Below, in pieces: positions 24,195 to 39,648 of a stretch of DNA of 64,000 bases; position 1 is the stretch's first letter, and each line of letters starts with the position of its first letter. The stretch lies in the NCBI RefSeq assembly GCF_009914755.1, contig NC_060931.1; one strand, written 5' to 3'. The stretch is from the human T2T-CHM13v2.0 reference genome, Homo sapiens. The notes under the pieces were generated by a model that saw nothing but the letters and a program-made list of their open reading frames with translations, was not told the origin of the DNA and ran no database searches. Position numbers and translations under genes: made by a program.

Positions 24195-26299
24195 CTGCTT
24201 CAAAGAGGGAACAGGTGAGGGGGCCCACCATCTCCCCACCATTGTTCTTGAGTACAATGTTTGAGGGACTTTGGGGGAGTGGCGACTTTGAAGGGGATCA
24301 GTCTTAGGAGGCAAAACACCCCAGGGCTCGACCCCACTCAAGCACAGCCCAGTCATTCCCTACCGTCTTTTGGGGCTCCTTTCCCTCCAGTGAACCGTAG
24401 GTGGCTTCTTGGGAAAAGGCAAACACCTTGGCCCTTTCCTTGGGGGTGTAGGCTCACTAACCCCACAAAGAGACCACTCAAGGTAGGCCTGGCTCTTGGC
24501 AGACAGGAAGGGTTATCACGGGCTGGGCTGTGTGGAACTTTCCACCTTCAGCTTGTGCGGTCTTCACGCAGGAGGTCCTGAGGGCTCACACTTCACAACG
24601 ACTGGAGTCCCTCACAGACATCGCCCTCCAGGGGTGGGCAGAGCAAGGTCAGCCACCTGCCCAAGGCTGCGCAGCCAGCAAGTGGTGGGTGGGCCTGTGA
24701 GCCCAAGGGTTTCCGTGGGGATGGGATACTCAGGGAGGGGTCCTTGTGTGGCACTGAAGGACAAGAGGGCCCCGCTGGTGAGAAGGGAGCAGAAGGCACT
24801 CAGGGAGGCAGCAGAGACTGAGGCAGGGCACGAGGCACAAACAGGATCTGGCGTGACAGCACTGGAGGGTGGGATGTGCTGAAAAGGTGGGTAAGGAGGG
24901 CCTGGGAGGCCATGCTAAGGCACAGATAATCCAACTATCTCCCAGGTGGCAGGAGGCCGTGGAGTCTTTAACCATGACATGGCGCTGCGTGCACTTCACT
25001 CAGCAGGGAAACGCCAGAAGAACTGGGAGCAGCAGCAATGTGCCCAACAGACAAGACTGCATAGATCTTGAAGCGTCTACTGAAAGCTACAGACCCCTTT
25101 CCTGGAATATGCACTCACACACAGAGCTGTGTCCGATTCTCGGGATCAATGGCCCCCCAAGCTCATCAGGACCCCTCTTTGGGCCCAGGATCTTATCTCT
25201 GGATGGAAGGAAGTGAAGCTGGGGGGAGGGGTCGCAGCAGCCACTATGAGTCCAGGGAAGAGGAGAGTTGCCCTGAGCTTCAAGTTGGCAGAGAAACAGA
25301 TGGGATGGACACACAGACCTTGAGAAAGAGGGACAGGACTAAAAACTGAGGAAGGAAACAGAGGACATGGGGACCAGAAAGATTCAGGGTGGTTCTCTCC
25401 AAGGTACTGCCATGTTCTGGTGCAGGCCCCCGGGATTCCTGTCCTGTCACACCCCCTGCTCCAGGTCCCATGAGAGCCCACAGCCCAAACAGCCAGGGTC
25501 CTGACACTATGGGCCAGTAGGACCTGGAAAGGCCCCTTCACCCCAATCTCAGCTCTGCTTCCCACCAGGAGCTGTGGGGTCTGGGGTGGGGGGTAGAGCT
25601 CACTTCTCTGCAGCCCAATCTCTGTTAAACCAAAGCTTCAAACTCGACATCTAAGATCCTTCCAAATCTGAGATCTACTCACCGAAGTGCAGGGCCCCTT
25701 CTAAAGCACTCAGAAGGCTGAACTGGCCCCAGGTTCCCCTTGGGCTGGGAACTCCCACTGCCCCTCTAGGGCTGAGTGTGTCACACTCTAGGAGGATGAA
25801 GTGCAGGGGTGCAGTAATGGAAAGAAAGGCAAAATCCACCCACCAAGGTCAACAGCTCCCTCTGGTGAACAGACAGGGATGCTGTCCCTCTGTAGCCCCC
25901 AGCTGGAGCTGCCCGAACAAACACGACTTGGCCTCAACGGAGCACCATGTGCTGGCCCAGGCCAAACCCACAGTGGAACAGGCACTGGAGGGAGACTGGT
26001 GATTGCCTGCCAGGAGGGACAAAGGGTGGCAGCAACTGTTCTGGCAAAACCAAGTGGAGCTCTGCCCAGCCCCAGGACCTGCCAGGTGTGCGGGAGCCCC
26101 AGCCCTGTCCCTCCGGCAAAGAGAGACCACAGGCCGCCTGCAGAAAACCTGTGGGGTGGGGAGAACGGGCTGGAAAAGGAGTTCCAGACCCTGCAGACAA
26201 GAGCGAAACCTCCACGTTTGAAACCTCAGAGGTGGCTCAAAGCAGAGTCCTCATGCCTGCGGGGTGTCCGGGGCTGGCATGGCAGAGGGGCCCGCTTAC

Positions 26300-26451
26300 C
26301 TGGACGTCCATCATGTGGCTCCGGGGCTCATACTTGGACTGGAATTTCTCAGGCTGCATTACAACCAACTGCCCCTGGGAGACTTTCAAGAACTTTGCTA
26401 TTTCTGTGCTGAAAGTGTGGTGAAATTTGTAATCTTCTCTCAGGTTGTTAG
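26300..26451 (-). CDS. PDIA4: PDIA4 exon 7 (b domain)
   Basis: TTTCAG|, ANNLREDYKFHHTF...MMDVQ, CAG|GTAAG; 152 nt. Confidence 0.97.
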
Positions 26452-27066
26452 CTGAAACGTTAACAGAATAAGATGTAATTTTGAAAATTGCCTAAATGTC
26501 TGAGATTTAATTCGTTACCCACATCAGCCAAAGCAAATGTTCTGAAAATGACCACTGTAGGCTGGGCGCGGTGGCTCACGCCTGTAATCCCAGCACACTT
26601 TGGGAAGCCCAGGCAGGTGGATCACTTGAGGTTAGGAGTTTGAGACCAGCCTGGCCAACATGGTGAATCCCTGTCTCTACTAAAAACACAAACATTAGCC
26701 GGGTGTGGTGATGCAAGCCTGTAGTCCCAACTACTTGGGAGGCTGAGGCGCAAGAATTGCTTGAACTGGGGAGGTGAGGTGGACGTTGTAGTGAGCCGAG
26801 ATCACGCCACTGTGTACTTTCAGCCTGGGCGACAGAGTGAGACTGTCTTTAAAAAGAAAAAAAAAAAAGAAAAAGAAAAGAAAAAAAGTCACCACCAAAA
26901 ATTGTGTGGACAATTCCTATAACTTAAACACTTGAAAGGAGGTTCGTTTTTAAAAACTTGGTACAAGGTATAACGTCTAAATCCTGGCCGGCCACAGTGG
27001 CTCACGCCTGTAATCTCAGCACTTTGTGAGGCTGAGGCAGGAGGACTGCTTAAGCCCAGGAGTTAG

Positions 27067-27384
<318 letters not shown>

Positions 27385-27766
27385 TAAGACCAGCCTGGGC
27401 AACATGGTGAGACCCCATTTCTATAAAGATAAAATAAATAACAACAACAACAAAAAAAACCCGGAAAAGTTCACAGAAAAACAGCTAATTTGCCAGAAGC
27501 TGCTGTCAACTGATGTCTATAAGCAGCACTGATTCTTTGGCAGGGGGAATGTTCTGGAGCCCACATGAGCAGCACACAGTCCTATATCCCTATGTGGAGT
27601 TTTCACACCCAGCACCCTTCGTGGAGGTTTAAATCTCCCTTCCTCAAGTTGGTGGGCTGCCTGTTTGTGGGCTGGAGCTCCGAATGAAGTTCTTTGGCTA
27701 AAGATACTTTTACTTAAATCCGTGAAAATGCATGATGAAACCCCACGGTCTGAGGGCACCCTACCA

Positions 27767-27971
27767 CAGGGCTGGGCAAACTTTCTGAGAAGGACTAGAG
27801 AGTGAGTAGTTAAGGCTCTAAGGACCATGTGGTCTGTCCCAGCTGCTTAACTCTGCTGCTGCAGTGTGAAAGCAGCTGGACAGGGTGTGGACAAAGCTGT
27901 GTTCCAATGAGATGTCACATGCAAAGACAGGCTATGGCCAGAATGGGTGTGTGGGCCACAGTGTCAACCCC
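27767..27971. mobile_element. MER58-like hAT MITE
   Basis: CAGGGCTGGGCAAACTTTCT...GGGCCACAGTGTCAACCCCT termini. Confidence 0.65.
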
Positions 27972-29982
27972 TACCCTAGATTCTACAGGTAAATGCACCT
28001 TCAGTCCCTCTCCATTCTCCTCCTCAAGGCATCCAAACTCATCCTGGGCTGATTTTGAGATTTAAACATTGGGTGTCACCCTACCCTTGAAGGGCTCTTG
28101 GTCTAGAGGTTTGTGACTCTCAGCTGGGTTATAGGACACATGTGGCTGAGATGGTAAACCATGTTTTTGGGAGGGCAGGGGATGCGGGGGCAGCCTGGAT
28201 AAGCCTGTGGCTTTCAGAGTCAGATGGACTTAGATTCATATGATAGGTTTGTGACCTACTAACTGTGTAGCTTTAGACTTGTTAGTTATTAACCTTCCGA
28301 GCCACAGGCCCTTCTCTGTAAAACAGGGGCATTAAAATCCACTAAATAAGGCCACACGGGCTGGGTGCTGTGGTTCATGTCTGTAATCCCAGCACTGTGG
28401 GAGGCCGAGGCAGGAGGATCACTTGAGCCCAGGAGTTCAAGACCAGCTGGGCAACATGGCAAAATCTTGTCTCCACAAAAAAAATTAGCTGGATGTGGTG
28501 GCGCTCACCTGTAGTCCCAGCTACTTGGGAGGCTGAGGTGGAAAAATCACCTGAGCCTGGGGAGGTCAAGGCTGCAGTGAGTCGAGATCACACCACTGCA
28601 GTCCAGCCTGGGCAGAGTGAGATCCGGTCTCAAAATAAATAAATAAGGCTACAGCTATCTAGATGGCGCCTGTTTTAAGCCTCCAGGTGTCCTGGGGATT
28701 TGTAGTCAGTTGGCTTCAGGCAGAGACAGACCCGCATCAAGAACTTCACCTCCTGCCCACCCCAGGACCACAGACCCTTTCATCCCCCAGCCGCCCTCTC
28801 TGCTCCGGCCCTGCCAACCTATCTGTAGAACATCTTGTGTCCCTGGGGCTAACCCCTCTCTCATAAGCAGGCCCAGTGACTCTTGCCCCATCTGCAGCCC
28901 TAACCCTGCCCAAGCCAAATCACAGACTGACTCCTAGGAATGTGGTGCCAGGCCTGCCTGGGACCCACAGCACTGGAACCTGCATTTTAACAAATTCCCT
29001 GGGGATTTGCATGCACATCAATGCACGTAACTTGCAGTCAGACTTGGGGCTACGGAATCCCCTGCTGCCCATAACCCTGGGTGGGTTGGGGTTTCCTTCT
29101 GCAAGTTTCTTCCTGACTAGTTAGGCGTGAATAACAAGGCCACCTAATTAACAGATGAAGGGAATTTAGCTCTACTGGTTTTATACATTAATCTGCATTT
29201 GACTTATGCACAATTGTTATTGTAAAGCACAGAATTAGCACTAAGTAGCAAGCTGTGCATTTGAAAAATTATAATCAGTTAGCACTTAGCCAAGCTGGTT
29301 TTGGTGTAGTGGGAGAGGGTAGCACTCAGAAGACATCAATGAGGATGGCCAGGACCCTGAGTACACCTGTCCCCAGGCATCAGGAGCCAGACCAAGGCAG
29401 ACGATGGATTTCAGGATGGGGCAACTGCTGCCTGCCCCTACCCCAACAGAACACTATTGCTGACAGCTGTTCACAGTCATTTCACTCCTCAGGCTAGCAA
29501 GACTAGCATTTATAATACACTTAGCATTATCAAGTACATTGCTAAGCTCTTCATCTACATTATCTCAGTGTAATAACCTCTCAGAAAAGACCACCACCTT
29601 GGGCAAGAGACCACTAGGCTAACTGAGTCACCACCTGTGGTCACAGTGATAATAACTGGAAGAGCCAGGCCTTGAAAGCTGGTTTGATTCAGAGGCCGGC
29701 ACCTTATGGCCTGAAGACCTGCCCTCCTCGGGCTCTGGAAGGCAGACATGGAGCTGGGACCGGTCTGACTGTGCCCCTCCCCTGCACCGAGGCCAGGAGG
29801 GCCACAGGGGACCCATCTCCAGCCCCAGCCCCAACTCCAACCCCAGAATGGAAAGCTTATTCCCAGAGATGGCTCATCAAACCACCCCCTAATGGATGTC
29901 CCAGGAGCTTTCTGAAAAACCAGGCAACCGCAGACGGCCCAAGGCACGCACATTTTGTTCAGCCCAGAGGGCCACAACTCAC

Positions 29983-30141
29983 CGGCATCCTGGTATTGCT
30001 GGTAGGCTGGGTCACTCTCCCCCTTAAAGACCCCGATGATGATGACATCGTCTCCATCCTTCAGGAACTCCTGGACCTGCTTCAGGGTCAGAATCTCCTT
30101 GGAGGGAGGCCCGGACTGCTCGATCATGTAATCAACGATTC
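29983..30141 (-). CDS. PDIA4: PDIA4 exon 6
   Basis: CCAG|, GIVDYMIEQSGPPSKE...QQYQDA, G|GTGAG; 159 nt. Confidence 0.97.
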
Positions 30142-30291
30142 CTGGGAGCAGGGCACACGCCTGAGCAGGGGCACTAAGAACTGCCCACTTCCCATGGCCC
30201 ATGCCTGCCAGCCCCCAGCACCTTCAATGGCAGCTTCCTGTTAGGGAGTTTCCCTTCCCCACTGTAGTGGGAGAGAAGGGAGTGGCCATAC

Positions 30292-30497
30292 CATATTTTT
30301 CTCGTGGGCCGTTGTAGTCATAAGGCCTTCCTTTGCGGAAAATTTTCAGGGTGGGATAGCCAGAGACATCAAACCTCTTGGCCAGGTCTGTTTCTGCGGT
30401 GGCGTCGACCTTTGCCAGGGGAATTGGAGGAGAACGCTTGCTGAGCTCCTTGGCGGCCTTCTCATACTCGGGGGCAAGTTTCTTGCAGTGTCCACAC
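30292..30497 (-). CDS. PDIA4: PDIA4 exon 5 (a domain, CGHC)
   Basis: CAG|G TGT GGA CAC TGC ... GPREKY, G|GTATG; 206 nt. Confidence 0.97.
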
Positions 30498-31008
30498 CTG
30501 CCAAGAGGAAACTGGTTTGTCAGGGGCTCATTCTAGTGTGGACTCACTTTCTAGCTAAATGAGCTGCAGAAACCCATCCTGTGCTCCCTAGTAACCTGGC
30601 CACACCCAGTAAGCCTCCGAATGCCTCCTAGACCCTCAGGCCCTCAGGTGCTGTTGAGGGCGCTACCGCTGGACAGACACAAACTTCATCCCACAGCATT
30701 CACACACTGGGGGTGGAGCATGCGTACACACATGTACAGGACACAGACAGGACATTAGTAACTGCGGCACAGGGGAAAACATGGAGAGGCCAAGAGAGAC
30801 ACTGTCCTGAGCAAGAGGACTTTCTTGGTTGGAGAGTTGGGGGCCAGCAAGGATATAAGTCATAGATGGCTTCAGAGGAGGAGTAGCAGTGGAGCTAGGA
30901 TCCAAGGGACAGCGAGGAATTAGCCAGGAGCCCACGGGAGGTGGGGCGAAGAGAGGGTCGGCAGGTCCAGGTAACAAGAACAGAGGCATGGAGAACAGAA
31001 GAGCGTCA

Positions 31009-31659
<651 letters not shown>

Positions 31660-33040
31660 TTATATTAGCTGGGCGTGGTGGCACACACCTGTGGTCCCAG
31701 CTACTAGGGAGGCTGAGGCAGCACAATTGAGCCCAGGAGTTCAAGGCGTAGTGAACTATGATGGTGCCACTGTACTCCAGCCCAGGTGACAAAGCAAGGC
31801 CTTATCTCAAAAGAAACCTAAGAAAACAAAACAAAAAAAACAAACAACCTCCCACCACACACACAAAAACACATCAAAAGACCAAAAAACTGTTTGTGAA
31901 TAAATGGATAATTATCTTCTGAGGCATCATCAACCACTTCAGGGAAATCGCACTACACTCGCTGAGCGTGCACTGTGCAGCAGTCGGCTCAACCTGGCTC
32001 CTGAGCGAGCCACAAAGCAACCCACCAGTTAGATGTGCAGCTGCCACTCTCCCTCTCACACCTCCCACCCATCAGGCCAGGGCCCCATGCATAGCGAAAC
32101 AAGGGTCTGTGTCTCTCCAGCATCGCAAGGGGGTTAGAAGGGTGCCCCACGTGTCCCAGACGCTTCCTTCCTTCTCTCCCAGATCATTTCCTTCTCTAAC
32201 CACCCACCTGACTTCACTTTTCATCTGCACATCCAGCAACTCCCAGGTTTCTGCTGCAGAATCTGTGGCCTCAGGTTTGGGCTTATCCAGGCATTGCCTG
32301 GAACAAGGGTGTCCTGGTCCCAAACCTGACCCCACAGTGCAGAAGGTGCCACCCACCCCCCGGCCTGTGCATCAGCCATGGCCTCCACCTGCTGGTTCTA
32401 GGCCCAAAAGCTTCCTCTGCTTACTGACTCTCCCAGACTCCCTACAGAACACACCCATCTGAGGCGGTTCTTGGTGGCCTGATGGTCAGACATACCAGGA
32501 CTGCTCAAGAACCAGAACCACAGCTGACCCACCACAAAATCACCAAGACAGATGGTACCCTGGGCCGTCTCCTGGGAAGGCAGATGGTCTCTCCTGAAGC
32601 CAGGCTCCCCTCTCCCTTGAGAGCCGTCTTCTTCCGCTCTGCTCTCTACTCTGACTGCTGCCAGCTTATCCACGCAACTGGTTGTGCGTCCCTCCCCTCC
32701 CCTCCCCATGAAGCAGCCACCTCAGTTCCCCAAGCTGGGCAGCTCAGACCAGCCACTGTACTTGCTCCCACTCCGACCACCTCTCTTTCTGCCATCTTCT
32801 TTCCTTTGGGTCCCTTCTCCCACCCAAGAATGGACTACTTGGCAGTTCCTTCCACATTCACTCCCCCAACAGCTCTCTTACATCCACGCTTCTTCCAGAA
32901 GACCTGGAGCCTCAATCCTGGCCTACAACTCGTGCCCACCTTGCTCCTCTGCTGTTCCTGCCTCACGGGCAGGGGCCTGCCACCCCGCACCTAGTGCCCA
33001 CCAGGGTACTGAATATGGAAAGGGCCTGACACCACCTTAC

Positions 33041-33179
33041 CATGGGGCATAAAACTCCACCAGAATGATATCTGCATCATTCACAACTTCATCAAAGTTC
33101 TCTTTGGTCAACACAAGCGTGACTTCTGGTGGAGGCGTCCAGTCGGGCTGGGAGACTTCTCTGACCTTGGCAACAATTT
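33041..33179 (-). CDS. PDIA4: PDIA4 exon 4 (start of a domain)
   Basis: TTTCAG|, EIVAKVREVSQPDWTPPPEV...EFYAPW, TG|GTAAG; 139 nt. Confidence 0.97.
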
Positions 33180-34150
33180 CTGAAAGAAACCAAGCAAGAC
33201 TGAGCACACAAGGCCCAAACTGGCAGGCACTTCACCTCCCTCCAGAAGCAGATGAGGAGGGGGAAGAAAGCAAGTGTCGGGGCCCACAAGAACAGGAGGT
33301 GTCTGATTTCCTGAAACCTGGCTGCATCTCTGCAGTTTTGGGGACACAGCCAAGAGTCAGAAGGTTCGCTATTTCCCAACAATTGTCCATCGCATTTCCA
33401 CAGCCTGCAGACTTCTCCAGAGGGCCTAAGACTTACTGATGGTTGAGACTTCCTTTACCATCAGGCTATGGTACTAACTCCACGCAAACCCTCACCAACT
33501 CCCAATGGTTTTGATTACATATGCCTATGGATAGCATTGTGGGGCATCTCCTGAACACATACAAAATATATACATATTTAGTCATTCACATCTAATGTTA
33601 CTATATTACATACGTCATAAGATGTATGCAAAAAAAAAAAAAAAAAAGGAAAAATTTAAAAGAGGAGCAGTAGCTCCCATTGCTCAAGGTGCAGTGGCAT
33701 TACCTGAGAAGGCTTTTAAAAAATGCCCATCTGTGGCCTCATTCTCCAGAAATGGACTCCAGGGCTGGAGTGGAACAATAAATTCGTACAAAAAATGTGC
33801 CAAGCAGTTCTTAGGACGAGTGGTTGCAAACTGTCACTCTTTTTCCCCACTGCAGAATCTACCAAGGAGCCAAATCTACAGCCACTCCTGCAAAGCTGCA
33901 GTCTTCAAACTGAAACGTGCACAAGCACCTCCTCTGCGCATTCGCAGCATGAAGTGTCTGTGCCCTGCCCCCCAGACCACACCCAGGGGTCCTGAGGCAC
34001 TTAACACATAGGAGGCCTCTTTATCAAAACATAGCATACACTGCTCTAAAGTTTGCAAAACAGCCAAGTCTCTTGCAGTCAAATGTTGGCCACAGACCTC
34101 CAAACGCATATGCCTGTTTACTTCACAACAATAGAAGTACTCAACTTTTA

Positions 34151-34432
<282 letters not shown>

Positions 34433-34676
34433 CTAAAATAAAGAAGTACTCAACTTTCAATTTGTTTTAGATTAAGTTCTTTATGTATGGATATGGCTAA
34501 GACATATCTGTTAAATAAAAACATGAAGGTACAGGATAGTATTTGACATATACTAATAACTGTAAAAATGAGAAAATCTCTCTCAGACAGATACACACAC
34601 ACACCTGCTTTTATGCATACAAAATATCTCCAAACACAGAAGAAACCTGTTACACTAGTACCTTTTTTTTTTTTGA

Positions 34677-34811
<135 letters not shown>

Positions 34812-35403
34812 TAATTTTTTATATTTTTAGTAGAGATGGGGTTTAACCATGTTAGCCAGGATGGTCTCGATCTCCTGACCTCGTGATCCACCGACCTTGG
34901 CCTCCCAAAGTGCTGGGATTACAGGCGTGAACCACCGTGCCCAGCCTACTAGTACCTTCTTAGAGGGGAGCTGGATCACCCAGGTTCAGGGAAGAAAGAC
35001 TATTCATTAATCTACCTCTCTGAATTACCAAGTTTATAAATGTATTACCTAGTCAACAAACTGTGACACTAAATATCAACGGAAGCAAATCCATTCTCTT
35101 TGTATACGCCACAGTGAGTGCCATTGCTTAAAGGAGCAGAGGAGAGCCTCTCACACCACCTCAGAGATGTGATCTCAGATTACATCCAACTGACACCATG
35201 CTCCACAGATGAGATGCCAAGGCCTGGCAAGGGCAAGGGACTCGTCCAGAACACAGGCCTATCTTATGTCTATGAGGACCGGAAGCCTATTCAACGCTCT
35301 TTCCTCTACTCCACACTGGGAATGGAAAATGCAGCCGCATCTTTTTTTTTTTTTCTGCCAGTGATTCAGAGAGATTTGCCCTTGCTAAAGGATACCATGT
35401 TCA

Positions 35404-35872
<469 letters not shown>

Positions 35873-35999
35873 AAAATCAAATAATTTATTTGTTCATTCA
35901 TTTAATAAAATGCATGTAGTGTCTAATGTGAGCCAGGCAGGGATCCATCAGGCCAGATTGCAGACATCCTCAGAGAATCCCTGGATGTGGCTCTCTGCA

Positions 36000-36520
<521 letters not shown>

Positions 36521-36573
36521 TCTAGACCACCACCAAGACCCGTGACCTCTGATGTCATTTCCTTACACTCCTG

Positions 36574-36869
36574 TTTATTTATTTTTTGAAACAGAGTCTC
36601 ATTCTGTCACCCAGGCTGGAGTGAAGTGGCACAATCTCAGCTCACCGCAACCTCCGCTTCGTAGGTTCAAGCGATTATCCTGCCTCAGCCTCCCAAGTAG
36701 CTGGGATTACACTCATGAGCCACTACACCCAGCTAATTGTTGTATTTTTAGTAGAGATGGGGTTTCACCATGTTGGTCAGGCTGGTCTTGAACTCCTGAC
36801 CTAAAGTGATCCAGCTGCCTTGGCCTCCCAAAGTGCTGGGGTTACAGGTGTGAGCCACCATGTCTGGCC
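36574..36869 (-). mobile_element. AluS in PDIA4 intron 3, about 260 nt from exon 3
   Basis: Full dimer; TSD CATTTCCT(T/A)ACACTCCTG on both sides. Confidence 0.9.
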
Positions 36870-37129
36870 CATTTCCTAACACTCCTGCCCATGTTTTGAG
36901 TTTCAGAGTCTGAAATGTAAAGATGCCACGCCCCAACCCACCCTGCCCACCCCACTACTCCCCCCTCCTACCCCCCCACCCCCACCCCAAGAGCAAATAA
37001 ACATTCCAGAGGGCTAAGGTTCCTGAGAAAGTCAGTCCCTGGTACCCTCAGCTTTTCTTCCTCTATTAGCCAAATTCCCATTCCCTGCGGGAAGGAGTTC
37101 TTCCTCTACGAGCTCAGGTACCAGCTCAC

Positions 37130-37335
37130 CTTCCTGGGTTCTGGAGCCCTCGTAGTCTACAGCCTGCCCCTTCTTAAGGATCTTGATGGTGGGGTAGCCA
37201 CTCACATCAAACCTGCTGGCCAGCACAGACGCTGAGGTTGCATCGATCTTGGCAACAGGAATGGGAGGATCTTTATCCTTTAATATGTTGGCAATTTTTT
37301 CATATTCCGGAGCAAACTGCTTGCAATGTCCACAC
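37130..37335 (-). CDS. PDIA4: PDIA4 exon 3 (a0 domain, CGHC)
   Basis: TTAG|G TGT GGA CAT TGC ... SRTQE, G|GTGAG donor; 206 nt. Confidence 0.97.
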
Positions 37336-37526
37336 CTAACAATTAGATTAGGAAGGGCAAAAAACGTTAACTGTACCTATGGGATTTAAATCCAACAATA
37401 ATACATACCACTTTGGTTTGGATGTGGTTTGTCCACACCAAAATGTTGAAATCTGATCCCCAGTGTGGCAGTGTTGGGAGATGGGACCTAGTGGGAAGGG
37501 TTTAGGTCTTAAGGGTGGATCCCTCA

Positions 37527-37894
<368 letters not shown>

Positions 37895-38198
37895 TCAGAG
37901 ATCATGCCATTGCATTCCAACCTGGGCAAAAGAGTGAAAATCTGTCTCAAAAAAAATTTTTTTTAATTTCTCAGTTTTAACTTCAAATATGGTAAATATT
38001 GATAAACATGACCCATATAAAAAGCCCTCTGAGGTCCTCACTTCTTAAGAATGTTAAGGTCTCTTTGAACTAAAAAGTATGAAATCTGATAATTTATGAA
38101 AGAGGAATAATATAACCTCATAGAGTCTTGCTCTGTCGCCCAGGCTGGAGTGCAGTGGCACAATTTCAGCTAGTTGCAGCCTCCCCCTCCTAGGTTGA

Positions 38199-38411
<213 letters not shown>

Positions 38412-39104
38412 TAAATAAAACACTTGTGCTACGCTTGACCCTCAGGCACTGGACAAAAGTGAGTATATCCTATTTGGTCTCAGAAGTGAAACAGAAAGGG
38501 CATGAGACAGAAGAGCAAAGCAGGGGTCATGAGATTCAAAACAGTAGAGGAGAAGGGATGAGAGGGACACAAGAGCTCTAACGGTCTGCACTAGGAGGAG
38601 TAAAGACAGGAAAAGAAGTGGGGATGCCTGACTGGTCCCCCCGCAGGGCCTATGTGTGTAGTAAAAAATCCACCACACAGGCCAACAGCCTGCACTTGGG
38701 GCAGCTGCCTGAGCAACAGCCTTTGAGGGAAGAGGAAGGCAGGGTGGCCTGAGACAGGTCGGAGCAGAATCTATAACAAGGACGTGTCTGTTACCAACAC
38801 AGGGCTCTGTGTCATTGCCGCTTGTTAAATGCCCGTCCCCCAGCTGTGACCATCAGAGGACGTATTCATCTTTAACCCACTGGACTGAGACAAGAAGACA
38901 TCGCCTTCCATGAGGGCTGGCTCACTGGCCGTTCAACGCACAGTGGTAGAACGAGTGAGCTCCCAGCGTTCTTAAAGCTAGAGTGCAAGTTCCTGCACCC
39001 AGACACTCCTACCCCACCCCCCAAGGTCTGGATGACCGGGTGAAGGGCTGAGCGAATGGAGCACAGCGCTTGTCCACCTGCAGAAATTAGAACGCGGTCC
39101 TTAC

Positions 39105-39285
39105 CATGGAGCATAAAACTCCAGCAGCACTGTGTCTTTGTCAGCCACAAAATTATCAAAGTTTGCATCATTTAGGACCAAGACTCCATTTTCTTCCTTA
39201 ACTTCCAAGTCGTCTTCTTCCTCATCATCATCTTCCTCCTCCTCCTCCTCTTCATCCTCAATGGCATTTTCTCTGTTAGAAGAAT
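39105..39285 (-). CDS. PDIA4: PDIA4 exon 2 (acidic tract plus start of a0 thioredoxin domain)
   Basis: CTCAG| acceptor, [26 protein letters not shown]...EFYAPW, TG|GTAAG donor; 181 nt. Confidence 0.97.
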
Positions 39286-39346
39286 CTGAGTGGAAAACAC
39301 CCAGACTGGTTACAAAGCTGGTGGTGACTCTCCTTAAAACTTTCCT

Positions 39347-39648
<302 letters not shown>

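Noticed and set aside
29555-30202. 215-aa ORF containing PDIA4 exon 6
   Set aside because: Exon 6 frame running open into flanking introns; only 29983-30141 is supported by splice sites and the known protein.
39172-39267. +1-frame 31-aa basic peptide in exon 2 ([18 protein letters not shown]...)
   Set aside because: Automatic frameshift reading of the GAG/GAT acidic tract; no independent sign of translation.
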